From NCBI GenBank assembly GCA_963749075.1, contig CAVVLJ010000017.1:832001-896000 (forward strand): 64,000 nt of DNA. Reading direction: 5' to 3'. A program made the position numbers and the translations under genes. The first letter of the stretch is position 1, and every line of letters starts with the position of its first letter. Under the pieces are notes generated by a model that was not told the DNA's origin, ran no database searches, and saw only the letters and a list, made by a program, of their open reading frames with translations. The stretch comes from an uncultured Pseudomonadota bacterium. GTDB taxonomy: Bacteria; Pseudomonadota; Alphaproteobacteria; JACZXZ01. Of the stretch, positions 10,639 to 20,387 are shown in pieces.

Positions 10639-12192
10639 TTACTCCGGCGGAGGCCGCGTGCTGAGCGCCGCCGTCGTGCGCAGCGGCAGCTCCTTGAGGA
10701 AGAAGGAGGCGACGAAGCCCAGCACGGTGATCGCTGCGGCCATGAGGAACAGCACACTGAACGAGCGCTCGAGCCCTCTTAAGAGGAGCGACCTGACCGC
10801 CGGCGTCAGCGCCCCCATCCCGCCCGTGGCGCCGTGCAGCAGATCGAGGGCCGGATGCGGGCCGAGCGCCTCGTGGCCGGGGATGGCGGCGACGCGCGCG
10901 TCGAGCTGGGCGAGCAGCACCGAGCCGAGCATGGCGACGCCGAAGGCGCCGCCGAGCGAGCGGAAGAAATTGACGGCGCCGGTGGCCGTACCGAGGTCGC
11001 GCAAGTCGACCGCGTTCTGCACCGAGACGATGGAGACCGGCATCACCATGCCGATGCCGAGCCCGAGAAGCACCATCCAGGCGCCCGCCGCAAGCTGCGC
11101 CGTCTCGGCGGTCATCAACGAGAGCAGCACCAGGGCGGTGCTGGCCAAGGCGAGGCCGAGGCAGGGAAAGATCTTGTAGCGGCCGGTATGGCTCACGATC
11201 CGCCCCGAGGCATAGGCGCCGACGACGATGGCGCCGGTCAGCGGGATGAGCAGCACGCCCGAGCCCGAGGCGGAGACGCCGTCGACCAGCTGGAGGTAGA
11301 GCGGCATGAAGATGATGGCGCCGAACATCGCCATCGTGGTGAGGAAGGCGACCAGGCCGGAGACGGAGAACACCGGGTTCTTGAAGAGGCGGAGCGGCAG
11401 GATCGGCTCGCGCGCGAGACGCTCGCGGAAGCCAAAGACGACGAAGAGGACGAGGCCCAGGAGCAAGAGCCCGACGATCGGCGCCGAGAGCCAGGGCAGC
11501 TCGACGCCGCCCCAGGTGGTGACGAGCAAGAGCGCCGTGACGGCGGCGATGAGGAGAGCGGCGCCGGCGTAGTCGATCTCGCGCTGGGTGCGGTGCACCG
11601 TGAGCTTGCCGAGGGCCTTCCCGGAGATGAGGATGGCCGCGACGCCGATCGGCAGGTTGATCCAGAACACCCAGCGCCAGCTCAGATGCTCGGCGAAGAA
11701 GCCGCCCAAAACCGGCCCGCCGACGCTCGTCGCCGCGAAGACGGCGCTGAAATAGCCCTGATAGCGACCGCGGTCGCGGGGTGCGATGACGTCCGCGATG
11801 GTGGCGTGCGCCATGGCGATGAGGCCGCCGCCGCCGAGGCCCTGCAGCGCGCGGAAGAGGATGAGCTGGGTCATGGTGCCGGCGAGCGCGCAGAGCACCG
11901 AGGCCACGAGAAAGAAGACAAGCGCCGCCTGCAGCATGACCTTGCGGCCATAGAGATCGGATAGCTTGCCGTAGATCGGCGTGGTCGCCGTGGAGGTGAG
12001 GAGGTAGGCCGAGACCACCCAGGACATGTGCTCGATGCCATGGAGCTCGCGCGCCATCGTGGGCAGCGCCGTCGCGACGATCGTCTGATCGAGGCCCGCC
12101 AGCAGCATGCCGAGCATGATGCCGGAAAGGATGACCATGACGTTGTGGTGGCTGAAGCTGACCGGAATGGCCTCCGCGGGACGGGCCTCCAT
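10639..12192 (-). CDS. MDR/DHA2 MFS transporter
   Basis: LDQTIVATALP, YGKLSDLYGRK, RALQGLGGGG, WRWVFWINLP. Confidence 0.9.
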   Translation of the reverse strand: MEARPAEAIPVSFSHHNVMVILSGIMLGMLLAGLDQTIVATALPTMARELHGIEHMSWVVSAYLLTSTATTPIYGKLSDLYGRKVMLQAALVFFLVASVLCALAGTMTQLILFRALQGLGGGGLIAMAHATIADVIAPRDRGRYQGYFSAVFAATSVGGPVLGGFFAEHLSWRWVFWINLPIGVAAILISGKALGKLTVHRTQREIDYAGAALLIAAVTALLLVTTWGGVELPWLSAPIVGLLLLGLVLFVVFGFRERLAREPILPLRLFKNPVFSVSGLVAFLTTMAMFGAIIFMPLYLQLVDGVSASGSGVLLIPLTGAIVVGAYASGRIVSHTGRYKIFPCLGLALASTALVLLSLMTAETAQLAAGAWMVLLGLGIGMVMPVSIVSVQNAVDLRDLGTATGAVNFFRSLGGAFGVAMLGSVLLAQLDARVAAIPGHEALGPHPALDLLHGATGGMGALTPAVRSLLLRGLERSFSVLFLMAAAITVLGFVASFFLKELPLRTTAALSTRPPPE

Positions 12193-12510
12193 GATGCGGC
12201 GGTTCCTTTCCTCTCCGTTTGCAAGGGTGCGCGCTCAGCACCAGTTACGCATTTCGCCGCGACCGTCAATCGGAGGCGCTGCGCACGGCGCCTTTTGCCG
12301 CGGCTCGTGCGGCGGGCGGCGGAGCAGCGCAGACTCCGCCGATGAAAGCCATGCGGTTATTGCAATCCATTGCCGAGGCGCGCGCCCCCGATTGCCGCAT
12401 CGCCGGACGCGCGGGCGCACTTTCAGGGCCGCGCCGCGGGGCGAGCAAGCATTCGGGAAGGGCTCGCGAACAAAAAATGGTCAAAAAGATATCCCCAACT
12501 ATATAAAGTA

Positions 12511-12540
12511 TTGACAAATCCGCACACCACAACATATGCT
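12511..12540 (+). promoter_or_regulatory. sigma70-type promoter with AT-rich upstream element
   Basis: TTGACA (12511-12516), 18-nt spacer, TATGCT (12535-12540), preceded by an AT-rich tract in a GC-rich background. Confidence 0.7.
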
Positions 12541-12648
12541 ACAACCGCTCGCACGTCGTGTGCGCCCGCGTGACGTTGCCCGGCGAGTTCGCTCCTTGCT
12601 CTCGTCCAGCCCGTCCCGCGGCGGGTGTGTCTTGCAAAGGGGAACCAC

Positions 12649-12720
12649 ATGGCAGTCAAGAAGAAGGTCGTGAAGAAGGCCAAGCCGGCCAAGAAGGCAA
12701 AGCGCAAGACGAAGAAGTAG
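12649..12720 (+). CDS. 23-aa lysine-rich peptide MAVKKKVVKKAKPAKKAKRKTKK
   Basis: AAAGGGGA RBS, ATG..TAG, all Lys encoded by AAG, flanked by promoter and terminator. Confidence 0.65.
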   Translation: MAVKKKVVKKAKPAKKAKRKTKK

Positions 12721-12787
12721 CGCTTGTCGGCGCGGGCCTGCATGCCCCAGCGAGACGCGGGGCGTGCAGGCCCGATGTCCAGTTCGC

Positions 12788-12822
12788 TCCCGGCCACGCC
12801 CTCGCGGCCGGGATTTTCATTT
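12788..12822 (+). terminator. Rho-independent terminator
   Basis: TCCCGGCC..GGCCGGGA stem followed by TTTTCATTT. Confidence 0.7.
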
Positions 12823-12880
12823 GCAGTGCAGCACAGCCGTCGTCCGCCGGCTCGAGGTCGCGCCGAGCCGCGAAGCGCGC

Positions 12881-14017
12881 TCAGTCGTCGGCCGCCGCCT
12901 CGATGCGCGGAGGGCGGATGAGCCGCGCGCCGGGCCACAGCTTGGCTTGCACGCGCGCATATTGCGGCGGATAGGCGAGCTCGGCGCCGAGCGCCTCGGC
13001 GGCATGCCACACCCAGCGCGGATCGTCGAGCAGTGCCCGCGCCAGCGCCACCATGTCAGCCTGTCCCGAGGCGACGATCGCTTCCGCATGGTGCGGCTCG
13101 ACGATGAGGCCGGCCGTGCGGGTGGTGATGTTGCTCCCGCTCCGCACCCGTGCCGCGAGCGGAACCTGGTAGCCGGGCACCAGGTTCTTCGGCGCCGCCC
13201 CGGGTACCACGCCGCCGCTCGAGACGCAGACGTAGTCGAGGCCGAGCGTCTTGAGCCGGCTGGCGAAGACCACCGCATCCTCGACCGTCGCCCCGCCCTC
13301 GAGCCAGTCGCTGCCGCTGATGCGCGCGCCGAGCACGCGCGCCGCCGGCCACGTCTCGCGCAGGGCGGCGGCGATCTCGAGCGGCAGGCGCATGCGGCCC
13401 TCGAGATCGCCGCCATAGGCGTCCTCGCGCCGGTTGGCGAGCGGGGAGAAGAATTCCTGGAGGAGATAGCCGTGCGCCGCGTGAAGCTCCACGACATCGA
13501 CGCCGAGCCTGAGCGCGCGCCGCGCCGCCGTCACGAAGGCGTCCTTGAGACGCCCGATGCCGGCCGCGTCGAGCGCCTTGGGCGTGTGCCAGCCGGCATC
13601 GAAGGGCAGCGCCGAGGGGGCGAGCGTCGGCCAGGCCCCCGCCTCCGAGGCGAGCGCGCGGCCGCCCTGCCACGGACGCTCTGCCGAGCCCTTGCGCCCG
13701 GCGTGGCCGAGCTGGATGCCGACCGGCACGCGGCTGCCGATGTTGCGCACGAGCTCGAGCACGCGCTTGAGTGCCGCCTCGTTGGCGTCGGAATAGAGGC
13801 CGAGACAGCCATGCGTGATGCGGCCGTGGCGCTCGACCGCCGTCGCCTCGATCATCAAGAGGCCGGCGCCGGCGAGCGAGAGACTGCCGAGGTGCTGGAG
13901 GTGCCAGTCGGTGGCGCTGCCGTCCTCGGCGCTGTATTGGCACATGGGCGCCACCACGACGCGGTTGGCGAGCGTGAGCGGGCCAAGCGGGAGCGGCGCG
14001 AAGAGCGGGCTGGTCAT
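12881..14017 (-). CDS. NADH:flavin oxidoreductase (old yellow enzyme, YqjM/NamA-like)
   Basis: NRVVVAPMCQYS, QLGHAGRK, ELHAAHGYLLQEFFSPLANRREDAYGG. Confidence 0.9.
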   Translation of the reverse strand: MTSPLFAPLPLGPLTLANRVVVAPMCQYSAEDGSATDWHLQHLGSLSLAGAGLLMIEATAVERHGRITHGCLGLYSDANEAALKRVLELVRNIGSRVPVGIQLGHAGRKGSAERPWQGGRALASEAGAWPTLAPSALPFDAGWHTPKALDAAGIGRLKDAFVTAARRALRLGVDVVELHAAHGYLLQEFFSPLANRREDAYGGDLEGRMRLPLEIAAALRETWPAARVLGARISGSDWLEGGATVEDAVVFASRLKTLGLDYVCVSSGGVVPGAAPKNLVPGYQVPLAARVRSGSNITTRTAGLIVEPHHAEAIVASGQADMVALARALLDDPRWVWHAAEALGAELAYPPQYARVQAKLWPGARLIRPPRIEAAADD

Positions 14018-14109
14018 CGGCGGAAACCCTCGTTCATGGCGGCGCGCATTTGGCTCCCGCGGCGGCGTCCCTGGCAAGGGACACCCCTGCATGGCGGCCA
14101 TGCCCGAGC

Positions 14110-14868
14110 CTAACGCAGGCAGCCGAAATAGCCCTCGAGCTTGTCGATGCGGCCGGCGATGGCCGCGGCGCGCTCGGCGATATAGGGCGTCGGGCGCTCG
14201 GGCGACCAGCGCCGCGGGTTGGGCAGCACCGCCGCCATGAGCGCCGCCTCGTGGAGCGTGAGCCGCTGAGCGCTCTTGTGGAAGTATGCCTCGGACGCCG
14301 CCTCGGCGCCGTAGATGCCGTCCCCCCACTCGATGACGTTGAGATAGACCGCCATGATGCGCCGCTTGGGCCATAGGGCGTCGATGAGGTAGGCGAGCCC
14401 CACCTCGATGCCCTTGCGGAAGATGCCGCCGCCCGGCCAGAGGAAGAGGTTGCGCGCGGTCTGCATGGTGATCGTGCTGGCGCCGCGCAGGCGTCCCTCG
14501 GATTCGTACTCGGTCATCGCGTCCGAGACCGCATTCCAGTCGACGCCATGATGCAGGCAGAAGCGGTTGTCCTCGGAGGCGATGACGGCGAGCTGCAGCT
14601 CGCGCGAGATGGCCGCGAGCGGCACCGCATGGCGGTCGATCCTGCCGGCCTCCGGCAGGCGCAGCAGCATGAGTGGCGTCGCCGGCGGATCGACCCAGCG
14701 ATAGAGCAGGCTGAGGGCCAGGACGAGCAGCAGGAGGGCCGCGGCGGCACGCAGCACGAAGCGCATCAGGTGCCGCACGAAACGGCGCAAGTGCCTCCTC
14801 CGCGGCCGTGGCGCGGGCTCGCTCAGGATCGGCCTCAGGGACCCGCGGTCGGGCTCGTCCATCGACAT
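14110..14868 (-). CDS. mtgA: Monofunctional peptidoglycan glycosyltransferase
   Basis: IASEDNRFCLHHGVD, RGASTITMQTARNLFLW, RKGIE, YLNVIEWG. Confidence 0.92.
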   Translation of the reverse strand: MSMDEPDRGSLRPILSEPAPRPRRRHLRRFVRHLMRFVLRAAAALLLLVLALSLLYRWVDPPATPLMLLRLPEAGRIDRHAVPLAAISRELQLAVIASEDNRFCLHHGVDWNAVSDAMTEYESEGRLRGASTITMQTARNLFLWPGGGIFRKGIEVGLAYLIDALWPKRRIMAVYLNVIEWGDGIYGAEAASEAYFHKSAQRLTLHEAALMAAVLPNPRRWSPERPTPYIAERAAAIAGRIDKLEGYFGCLR

Positions 14869-14892
14869 GCGATGCGCGCGCGGAGCCCGGCG

Positions 14893-15774
14893 CTATTTGA
14901 GGCCGAGCACGCCGCTCGTCAGAGAGCGCGGATCGCGCGGGCCCCAGCGCCCGTTCTCGACGGCATGGAAGAACCCGGTGAGCGCTGCGTTGAAGGCGTC
15001 GGGCTCCTCGAGGTTGATGGTGTGGCCCGACTTGGGCATGACGGCGAGGCCCGAGGAGGCGATCGCGCGCTTCATGAGGAGCGCCGGCTCGAGGCACGGC
15101 TCGTCCTCGTCGCCCGTCACGATGAGCGTCGGCACCTCGAGCGCCTTCATGCTCGGCACCAGGTCCCAGAGCGACGGGCGCATCATCTGCACCCCGCGCA
15201 TGGTATTGGCCGAGCCCTTGGCGGAATGCTCGGCAAGCTGCCCGGCGAACTCGCGCCAGCCGCGCGGGTCCTTGTTCTGGTACTGCACGCGCGCGGCCCC
15301 CACCGCATATTTCTCGGCGAACGGCTTGCTGCCTTGCTCCTCGAGCATCTTGGCGGTCGCCTCGCATTCGCGGAGGAAGATCTTGCGCCTTCCTGCCTCG
15401 GCGCCGTAGCCGCAGCCCGCCACCACGAGCGAGCGGGCCGTTGCCGCGTGGCGGAAGCCGAAGTGCAGAGTGGCGAAACCGCCCATGGAGAGCCCGACGA
15501 CGTGGGCCTTGGCGATGCCGAGGTGCTCGAGCACGGCTGCGATGTCGTCGCTGGCGCGCGCCTGGGAATAGCTCGCCGCCGCCTCCGGCACGTCGGAGGG
15601 TGGGTAGCCGCGCGCGTTGAAGGCGATTCCGCGATAGAAGCGCGAGAAGTAGCGCATCTGGGGCTCCCAGCTGCGATGGTCGCCGGCGAACTCGTGCACG
15701 AAGATCACCGGCAGGCCGCTGCCCGCCTCCTCGTAATAGAGCCTGACCTTGTCGTCGGTCACTGCGTGAGGCAT
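14893..15774 (-). CDS. Alpha/beta fold hydrolase
   Basis: LYYEEAGSG.PVIFVHEFAGD, GLSMGG nucleophile elbow, GDEDEP, SGHTINLEEP. Confidence 0.88.
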   Translation of the reverse strand: MPHAVTDDKVRLYYEEAGSGLPVIFVHEFAGDHRSWEPQMRYFSRFYRGIAFNARGYPPSDVPEAAASYSQARASDDIAAVLEHLGIAKAHVVGLSMGGFATLHFGFRHAATARSLVVAGCGYGAEAGRRKIFLRECEATAKMLEEQGSKPFAEKYAVGAARVQYQNKDPRGWREFAGQLAEHSAKGSANTMRGVQMMRPSLWDLVPSMKALEVPTLIVTGDEDEPCLEPALLMKRAIASSGLAVMPKSGHTINLEEPDAFNAALTGFFHAVENGRWGPRDPRSLTSGVLGLK

Positions 15775-15896
15775 GCGCTTTCCTCCCTCGATCCGGCGCT
15801 CTCCTTCATCGCGCGAGGCCGCGGGCGGGAGCGGCACGGCACCAGCCCGGGCAACTCTCGCCCGCGGCGCCGCGCGAGGCAAGGGGGCAGCGCCGC

Positions 15897-17339
15897 TCAA
15901 TCCCCGTCGGGGGCGGGCGTCATCTTGGTCATGCGCGGGGCGGCGGGCGGGCGGCCGGCCATCTCGGCGCCGGCGTCGGCGGGGAGCGGAAGGAAGACGA
16001 GGCCCGCGAGCGCCGCGATGCAGCCGACCGCGAAGAAGGCCGGCCAGAAATCGCCGCTCACGAGGTGATCGCCGCCGCGCGCCGCGATGGTGATTTGCAG
16101 GATGAGGGCGCCCGTGCCGACGCCGATGCTGGCCGAGAGCTGCTGCGCCATGCTGGTGAAGCTCGTCGCCTTGCTCATGCGCGCACTCGGCACCTCGGCA
16201 TAGGCAATGGCGTTCATGCTGGTGAACTGGAGCGAGCGGAAGAAGCCGCCGGCCAGCAGCACCGCGAGGATGAGCCAGGACGGAGTGGAGGCACGGAAGA
16301 GCCCGCAGGCGGCGAGCAAGCCGCCGCCGATGAGCGCGTTTCCGATGAGTATCCGGCGGAAGCCGAAGCGGCGCAGGATGGGGCCCGCCGTGATCTTCAT
16401 GGTGAGCGCACCGGCGGCGGAGGCGAAGGTGAGCATGCCGGAGTGGAAGGGATCGAGGCCGAAGCCCTCCTGGAGCATGAGCGGCAGGAGGAAGGGCGTG
16501 GCGCCGATGCCGATGCGGAAGAGGAAGGAGCCGGCGACGCTCGCGCGGAAGGTGGGGATGCGCAGCAGCGCCAGATCGATGATGGGATGAAAGATGCGGC
16601 GCGCGTGGCGGACGTAGAGGAGCAGCGCCGCGGCGCCCACGCCCAGGAGGAGGATCACGAGATAGCCCGGCAGGATGCTGCGTCCCGCCGCCTCGAAGCC
16701 GAAGACGACGCCCGTCAGGCCGAGCGCCGTCAGGAAGAAGCCGGGAATGTCGAGCGGCGCCACCCCTTCCTCGCGCGTATCGGCGATGAAGAGCGTCGCC
16801 AGCAGGATGCCGAGCGCGCCCATGGGCACGTTGATCCAGAAGATCCAGCGCCAGGAGATATAGGTCGTGATGAAGCCGCCGAGCGGCGGCCCGAGGACGG
16901 GACCCACGAGCGCCGGCACCGTGAGATAGGCGAGTGCCCGCACCAGCTCGGACTTGTGCACCGAGCGCAGCAGCACCAGCCGGCCGACCGGCACCATCAT
17001 CGCACCCCCCATGCCCTGGAAGATGCGCGCCAGCACGAAGCCGGCAAGCGAGTTCGAGAAGCCGCAGAGGATCGAGCCGGCCGTGAAGATGCCGATCGCG
17101 GCGCGAAACACCGTGCGCGCGCCGAAGCGGTCCGCCACCCAGCCGCTCGCCGGGATGAAGACGGCGAGGCTGAAGAGATAGGAGGTGATGGCGAGATTGA
17201 GCTGCAGCGGATTCTCGCCGAGCGAGCGCGCGATGGCCGGCAGCGCCGTCGCCAGCACGGTCGAGTCCATATTCTCCATGAAGAGCGCGCACGCCACGAT
17301 GAGCGGGATCAGCATCTGGCGCGGCAGCGGGGGAACCAT
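15897..17339 (-). CDS. DHA2 MFS transporter (MdtD/HsrA-like)
   Basis: ACALFMENMDSTVLATALP, SGWVADRFGAR, GAMMVPVGRL, GFFRSLQFT. Confidence 0.9.
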   Translation of the reverse strand: MVPPLPRQMLIPLIVACALFMENMDSTVLATALPAIARSLGENPLQLNLAITSYLFSLAVFIPASGWVADRFGARTVFRAAIGIFTAGSILCGFSNSLAGFVLARIFQGMGGAMMVPVGRLVLLRSVHKSELVRALAYLTVPALVGPVLGPPLGGFITTYISWRWIFWINVPMGALGILLATLFIADTREEGVAPLDIPGFFLTALGLTGVVFGFEAAGRSILPGYLVILLLGVGAAALLLYVRHARRIFHPIIDLALLRIPTFRASVAGSFLFRIGIGATPFLLPLMLQEGFGLDPFHSGMLTFASAAGALTMKITAGPILRRFGFRRILIGNALIGGGLLAACGLFRASTPSWLILAVLLAGGFFRSLQFTSMNAIAYAEVPSARMSKATSFTSMAQQLSASIGVGTGALILQITIAARGGDHLVSGDFWPAFFAVGCIAALAGLVFLPLPADAGAEMAGRPPAAPRMTKMTPAPDGD

Positions 17340-17488
17340 CGGCGCTCGAATCTCGACAGGGTTCGCAGGCCAGCATAGGTGGCCCGCGCACCGCGAGATA
17401 TACGAATTTCTCGCACGTGCCATGCGGCGGCAAGGCGCTGCGGGCCGCCGCTCGGCGCTCCACGCCCTCCTGCTCGGGCCGGCGGCTA

Positions 17489-17530
17489 ATTAGGAATGCG
17501 TCGCATTTTCATTGCGAACGACTACGAATT
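17489..17530 (+). promoter_or_regulatory. Putative alphaproteobacterial Fur/Mur box(es) upstream of the porin gene
   Basis: ATTAGGAATGCGTCGCATT (17489-17507) and the weaker ATTGCGAACGACTACGAAT resemble the 19-bp AATGCRAnTnnnTYGCATT-type box. Confidence 0.5.
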
Positions 17531-17611
17531 GCGATATTTGATTGAGGCGCCGCGAGCGGAAGCCCGCCGGGGGACGAGACCAGGGGACGAGATCAGGTGG
17601 AGGTCGAACCG

Positions 17612-19099
17612 ATGTCGAAGCGCCAATTGCCGCCAAACCGCGCGTCGAGCCGTTTCAAGCTCTGGCTCATCGGGCTGGCATTCTCGGCGGGCGGTGCGCT
17701 TGCCGCCCTGCCGGCTGTACCTGCGCTCGCACAGACCGCGGCGAGCACCCAGTCCGCGAGCGATGGGGACGGCAAGGATTTCTGGGCCGGATTTTGGCAC
17801 CGCCAGACCATGCTGGGCGACATTTTCGGGTTGCGCCCGTGGCTCGGCACCTACGGCATCACCTTCAATCTCCAGGAGGTCAGCGAAATCCTCGCCAATG
17901 CCACGGGCGGCACCAGGCAGGGCTATGCCTACGAAGGGCTGACCACCATGACCCTGCAGCTCGACACCGACAAGGCCTTCGACTGGGACGGCGGCACCTT
18001 CAACGTCAGCGCGCTCCAGATCCACGGCCGCAACCTGAGCGCCGAGCGGCTCTTGACGCTGCAGACCGCGAGCGGCATCGAGGCGAGCCGCGCCACGCGG
18101 CTGTGGGAGCTGTGGTACCAGCAGGCGTTTCTCGACGGCGCCTACGACGTGAAGCTCGGCCAGCAGAGCATCGACCAGGAATTCATCAGCAGCCAGTATT
18201 CGGCGCTCTACGTCAACACCATGATGGGCTGGCCCATGCTGCCCTCGGCCGACCTCTACGCTGGCGGCCCGGCCTATCCACTCTCCTCGCCCGGCGTGCG
18301 CTTGCGCGCCAAACCGAGCGACGCCTTCACGGTGCTGGCCGGCGTCTTCGACGACAATCCGCCCGGCGGGCCCTTCGCCGCCGACCCGCAGCTGCGCGGC
18401 GCCGAGGCCTCGGGCACGCGCTTCAACCTCAGCACCGGCGCGCTCTTCCTCGCCGAGCTGCAGTATTCGCTCAATCAGCCCTCGCTCGGAGAGATGGATA
18501 CCGGCACCAAGGGCGAGCTCGGCATGCCCGGCACCTACAAGCTCGGCTTCTGGTATGACACCGCGAGCTTCCCCGACCAGCGCTTCGACAATACCGGCCT
18601 CTCGCTCGCCGACCCGGCCAGCACCGGCATCCCCGCGATACACAGAGGCAACTACAGCATCTACGGCGTGGTGGATCAGATGATCTGGCGGCCGGCGCCG
18701 GATAGTCCGCGCTCGCTCGGCGCCTTCGCCCGCCTCATGGGAGCCCCCTCCGACCGCAACCTGGTCGCGTTCAGCGTGAATGCCGGCCTCAATCTGAAGG
18801 ATCCTCTGCCCGAGCGCGAGAACGACACCTTCGGCGTCGGCTTCGGCCTGGCCAAGGTGAGCAGCCGCGCCGCAGGGCTCGACCGCGACACCGGCTTTTT
18901 CGGCGGCGCGCCCTACCCGGTGCGCAGCAGCGAGAAATTCATCGAGGCCACCTACCAGTACCAGATGACGCCTTGGTGGCAGCTGCAGCCCGACGTCCAG
19001 TACATGTTCAATCCGGGCGGCGGCATCCAGAACCCCGATACCGGCGCGCGCATCCGCAACGAGCTCGTCTTCGGCGTGCGCACGACGATTACGTTCTGA
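17612..19099 (+). CDS. OprB-family (carbohydrate-selective) porin
   Basis: Signal peptide; LGDIFGLRPWL, RLWELWYQQ, KLGQQSIDQEF, EATYQYQMTPWWQLQPDVQY; C-terminal Phe. Confidence 0.88.
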   Translation: MSKRQLPPNRASSRFKLWLIGLAFSAGGALAALPAVPALAQTAASTQSASDGDGKDFWAGFWHRQTMLGDIFGLRPWLGTYGITFNLQEVSEILANATGGTRQGYAYEGLTTMTLQLDTDKAFDWDGGTFNVSALQIHGRNLSAERLLTLQTASGIEASRATRLWELWYQQAFLDGAYDVKLGQQSIDQEFISSQYSALYVNTMMGWPMLPSADLYAGGPAYPLSSPGVRLRAKPSDAFTVLAGVFDDNPPGGPFAADPQLRGAEASGTRFNLSTGALFLAELQYSLNQPSLGEMDTGTKGELGMPGTYKLGFWYDTASFPDQRFDNTGLSLADPASTGIPAIHRGNYSIYGVVDQMIWRPAPDSPRSLGAFARLMGAPSDRNLVAFSVNAGLNLKDPLPERENDTFGVGFGLAKVSSRAAGLDRDTGFFGGAPYPVRSSEKFIEATYQYQMTPWWQLQPDVQYMFNPGGGIQNPDTGARIRNELVFGVRTTITF

Positions 19100-19159
19100 G
19101 GCGGCGGGCGAAAGGCCGCGAGTTGCGCCAACTTGACTCGCGCGGCGGCGGGTCATATG

Positions 19160-19178
19160 ATTGCAAATCATTCGCATT
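19160..19178 (+). promoter_or_regulatory. Fur/Mur-type box
   Basis: ATTGCAAATCATTCGCATT, near-palindromic 19-mer ~50 nt upstream of an iron-transport operon. Confidence 0.72.
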
Positions 19179-19226
19179 GTCAGCGCCGCGCCGCCGGTCG
19201 CACGGGAGAGAGGAGGGTCGGACCAC

Positions 19227-20387
19227 ATGGCACGCATTTGGACAAGCATCCGAGGATGCAAGACAGGCAAGCGCCGCGGCGCGCGGAGCCTGCTGCTTGC
19301 GGCGGCGTCGCTTCTCGTCATCGGCGCGGCCGCGGCCGATTCCCAAGGCCTGCTCGAGACGCTGCACCGCCACAGCACGCTCACCTCGACCGTCCCGGAC
19401 AACGGCGACCTCAACCCCTACGCCATCGTGGTGGCGCCGGTCTCCGCGGGCGTCATCCAGAAGGGCGATATCCTCGTCGACAACTTCAACGATTCGACCA
19501 ACCTGCAGGGGCTCGGCACCACCATCGTCGACTTCAACCCGGCGACCAAGAAGATGTCGCTCTTCGCGCAGATCCCGAGGAAGCTCGCGGGCTGCCCGGG
19601 CGGCGTTGGCCTCACCGCGGCGATGATCATGCTCAAGGCGGGCTGGGTGATCGTGGGCAGCACGCCGAGCGACGACGGCACGACCAAGACCAAGGGCGCC
19701 GGCTGCCTCATCGTGCTCGACGCCAACGGCAAGGTCGCCGGCACCATCGCGGGCGCCAACATCAACGACCCGTGGGGCAACATGGCGGCGATCGACAACG
19801 GCGACCGCGCCACGCTCTTCGTCAGCAACGCCGGCTTCGGCGTGGGCTCCCCCGAGGGCGAGCCGCCGGTCATCAACAAGGCGACCGTGCTGCGCATCGA
19901 GCTCGCCATCGCGCAAGGCAAGCCTCCCGCCGTCGCGAGCCAGACCGTGATCGCCGACGGCTTCGGCCAGCAGGCCGATAGGAGCGTCTTCCTCATCGGC
20001 CCGACCGGCGTCGCCCTCTCCACCGACAACAAGACGCTCTACGTCTCCGATGCGCTCGGCAACCGCATCGTCGCGATCGACGAGCCGGTCACGCGCACGA
20101 CGAGCGCCGGCACCGGCCGCGAGATCACCAAGGACGGCCTGCTGCGCCGGCCCTTGGCGCTCGCCGTGACCCCAGGCGGCCATCTCCTCGTGACCAACGC
20201 GCTCAACGGCCAGGCCGTGGAGGTTGACCCCGCCACGGGCAAGCAGCTTTATGCGCGCTGGATCGACGCGGACAAGGCGCAGACGCCGCCCGGCAACGGC
20301 GACCTCTTCGGCATCGCCATGACGCCGGCGGGCGACGGGTTCTACTACGTGGAGGACGACGTGAACACGCTCGTGCTTGCGAAGTGA
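19227..20387 (+). CDS. Exported beta-propeller (NHL-like) protein
   Basis: Signal-like N-terminus; repeated blades NPYAIVV, DPWGNMA, GPTGVAL..LYVSD, RPLALAV..LLVTN, LFGIAM..FYYVED. Confidence 0.7.
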   Translation: MARIWTSIRGCKTGKRRGARSLLLAAASLLVIGAAAADSQGLLETLHRHSTLTSTVPDNGDLNPYAIVVAPVSAGVIQKGDILVDNFNDSTNLQGLGTTIVDFNPATKKMSLFAQIPRKLAGCPGGVGLTAAMIMLKAGWVIVGSTPSDDGTTKTKGAGCLIVLDANGKVAGTIAGANINDPWGNMAAIDNGDRATLFVSNAGFGVGSPEGEPPVINKATVLRIELAIAQGKPPAVASQTVIADGFGQQADRSVFLIGPTGVALSTDNKTLYVSDALGNRIVAIDEPVTRTTSAGTGREITKDGLLRRPLALAVTPGGHLLVTNALNGQAVEVDPATGKQLYARWIDADKAQTPPGNGDLFGIAMTPAGDGFYYVEDDVNTLVLAK

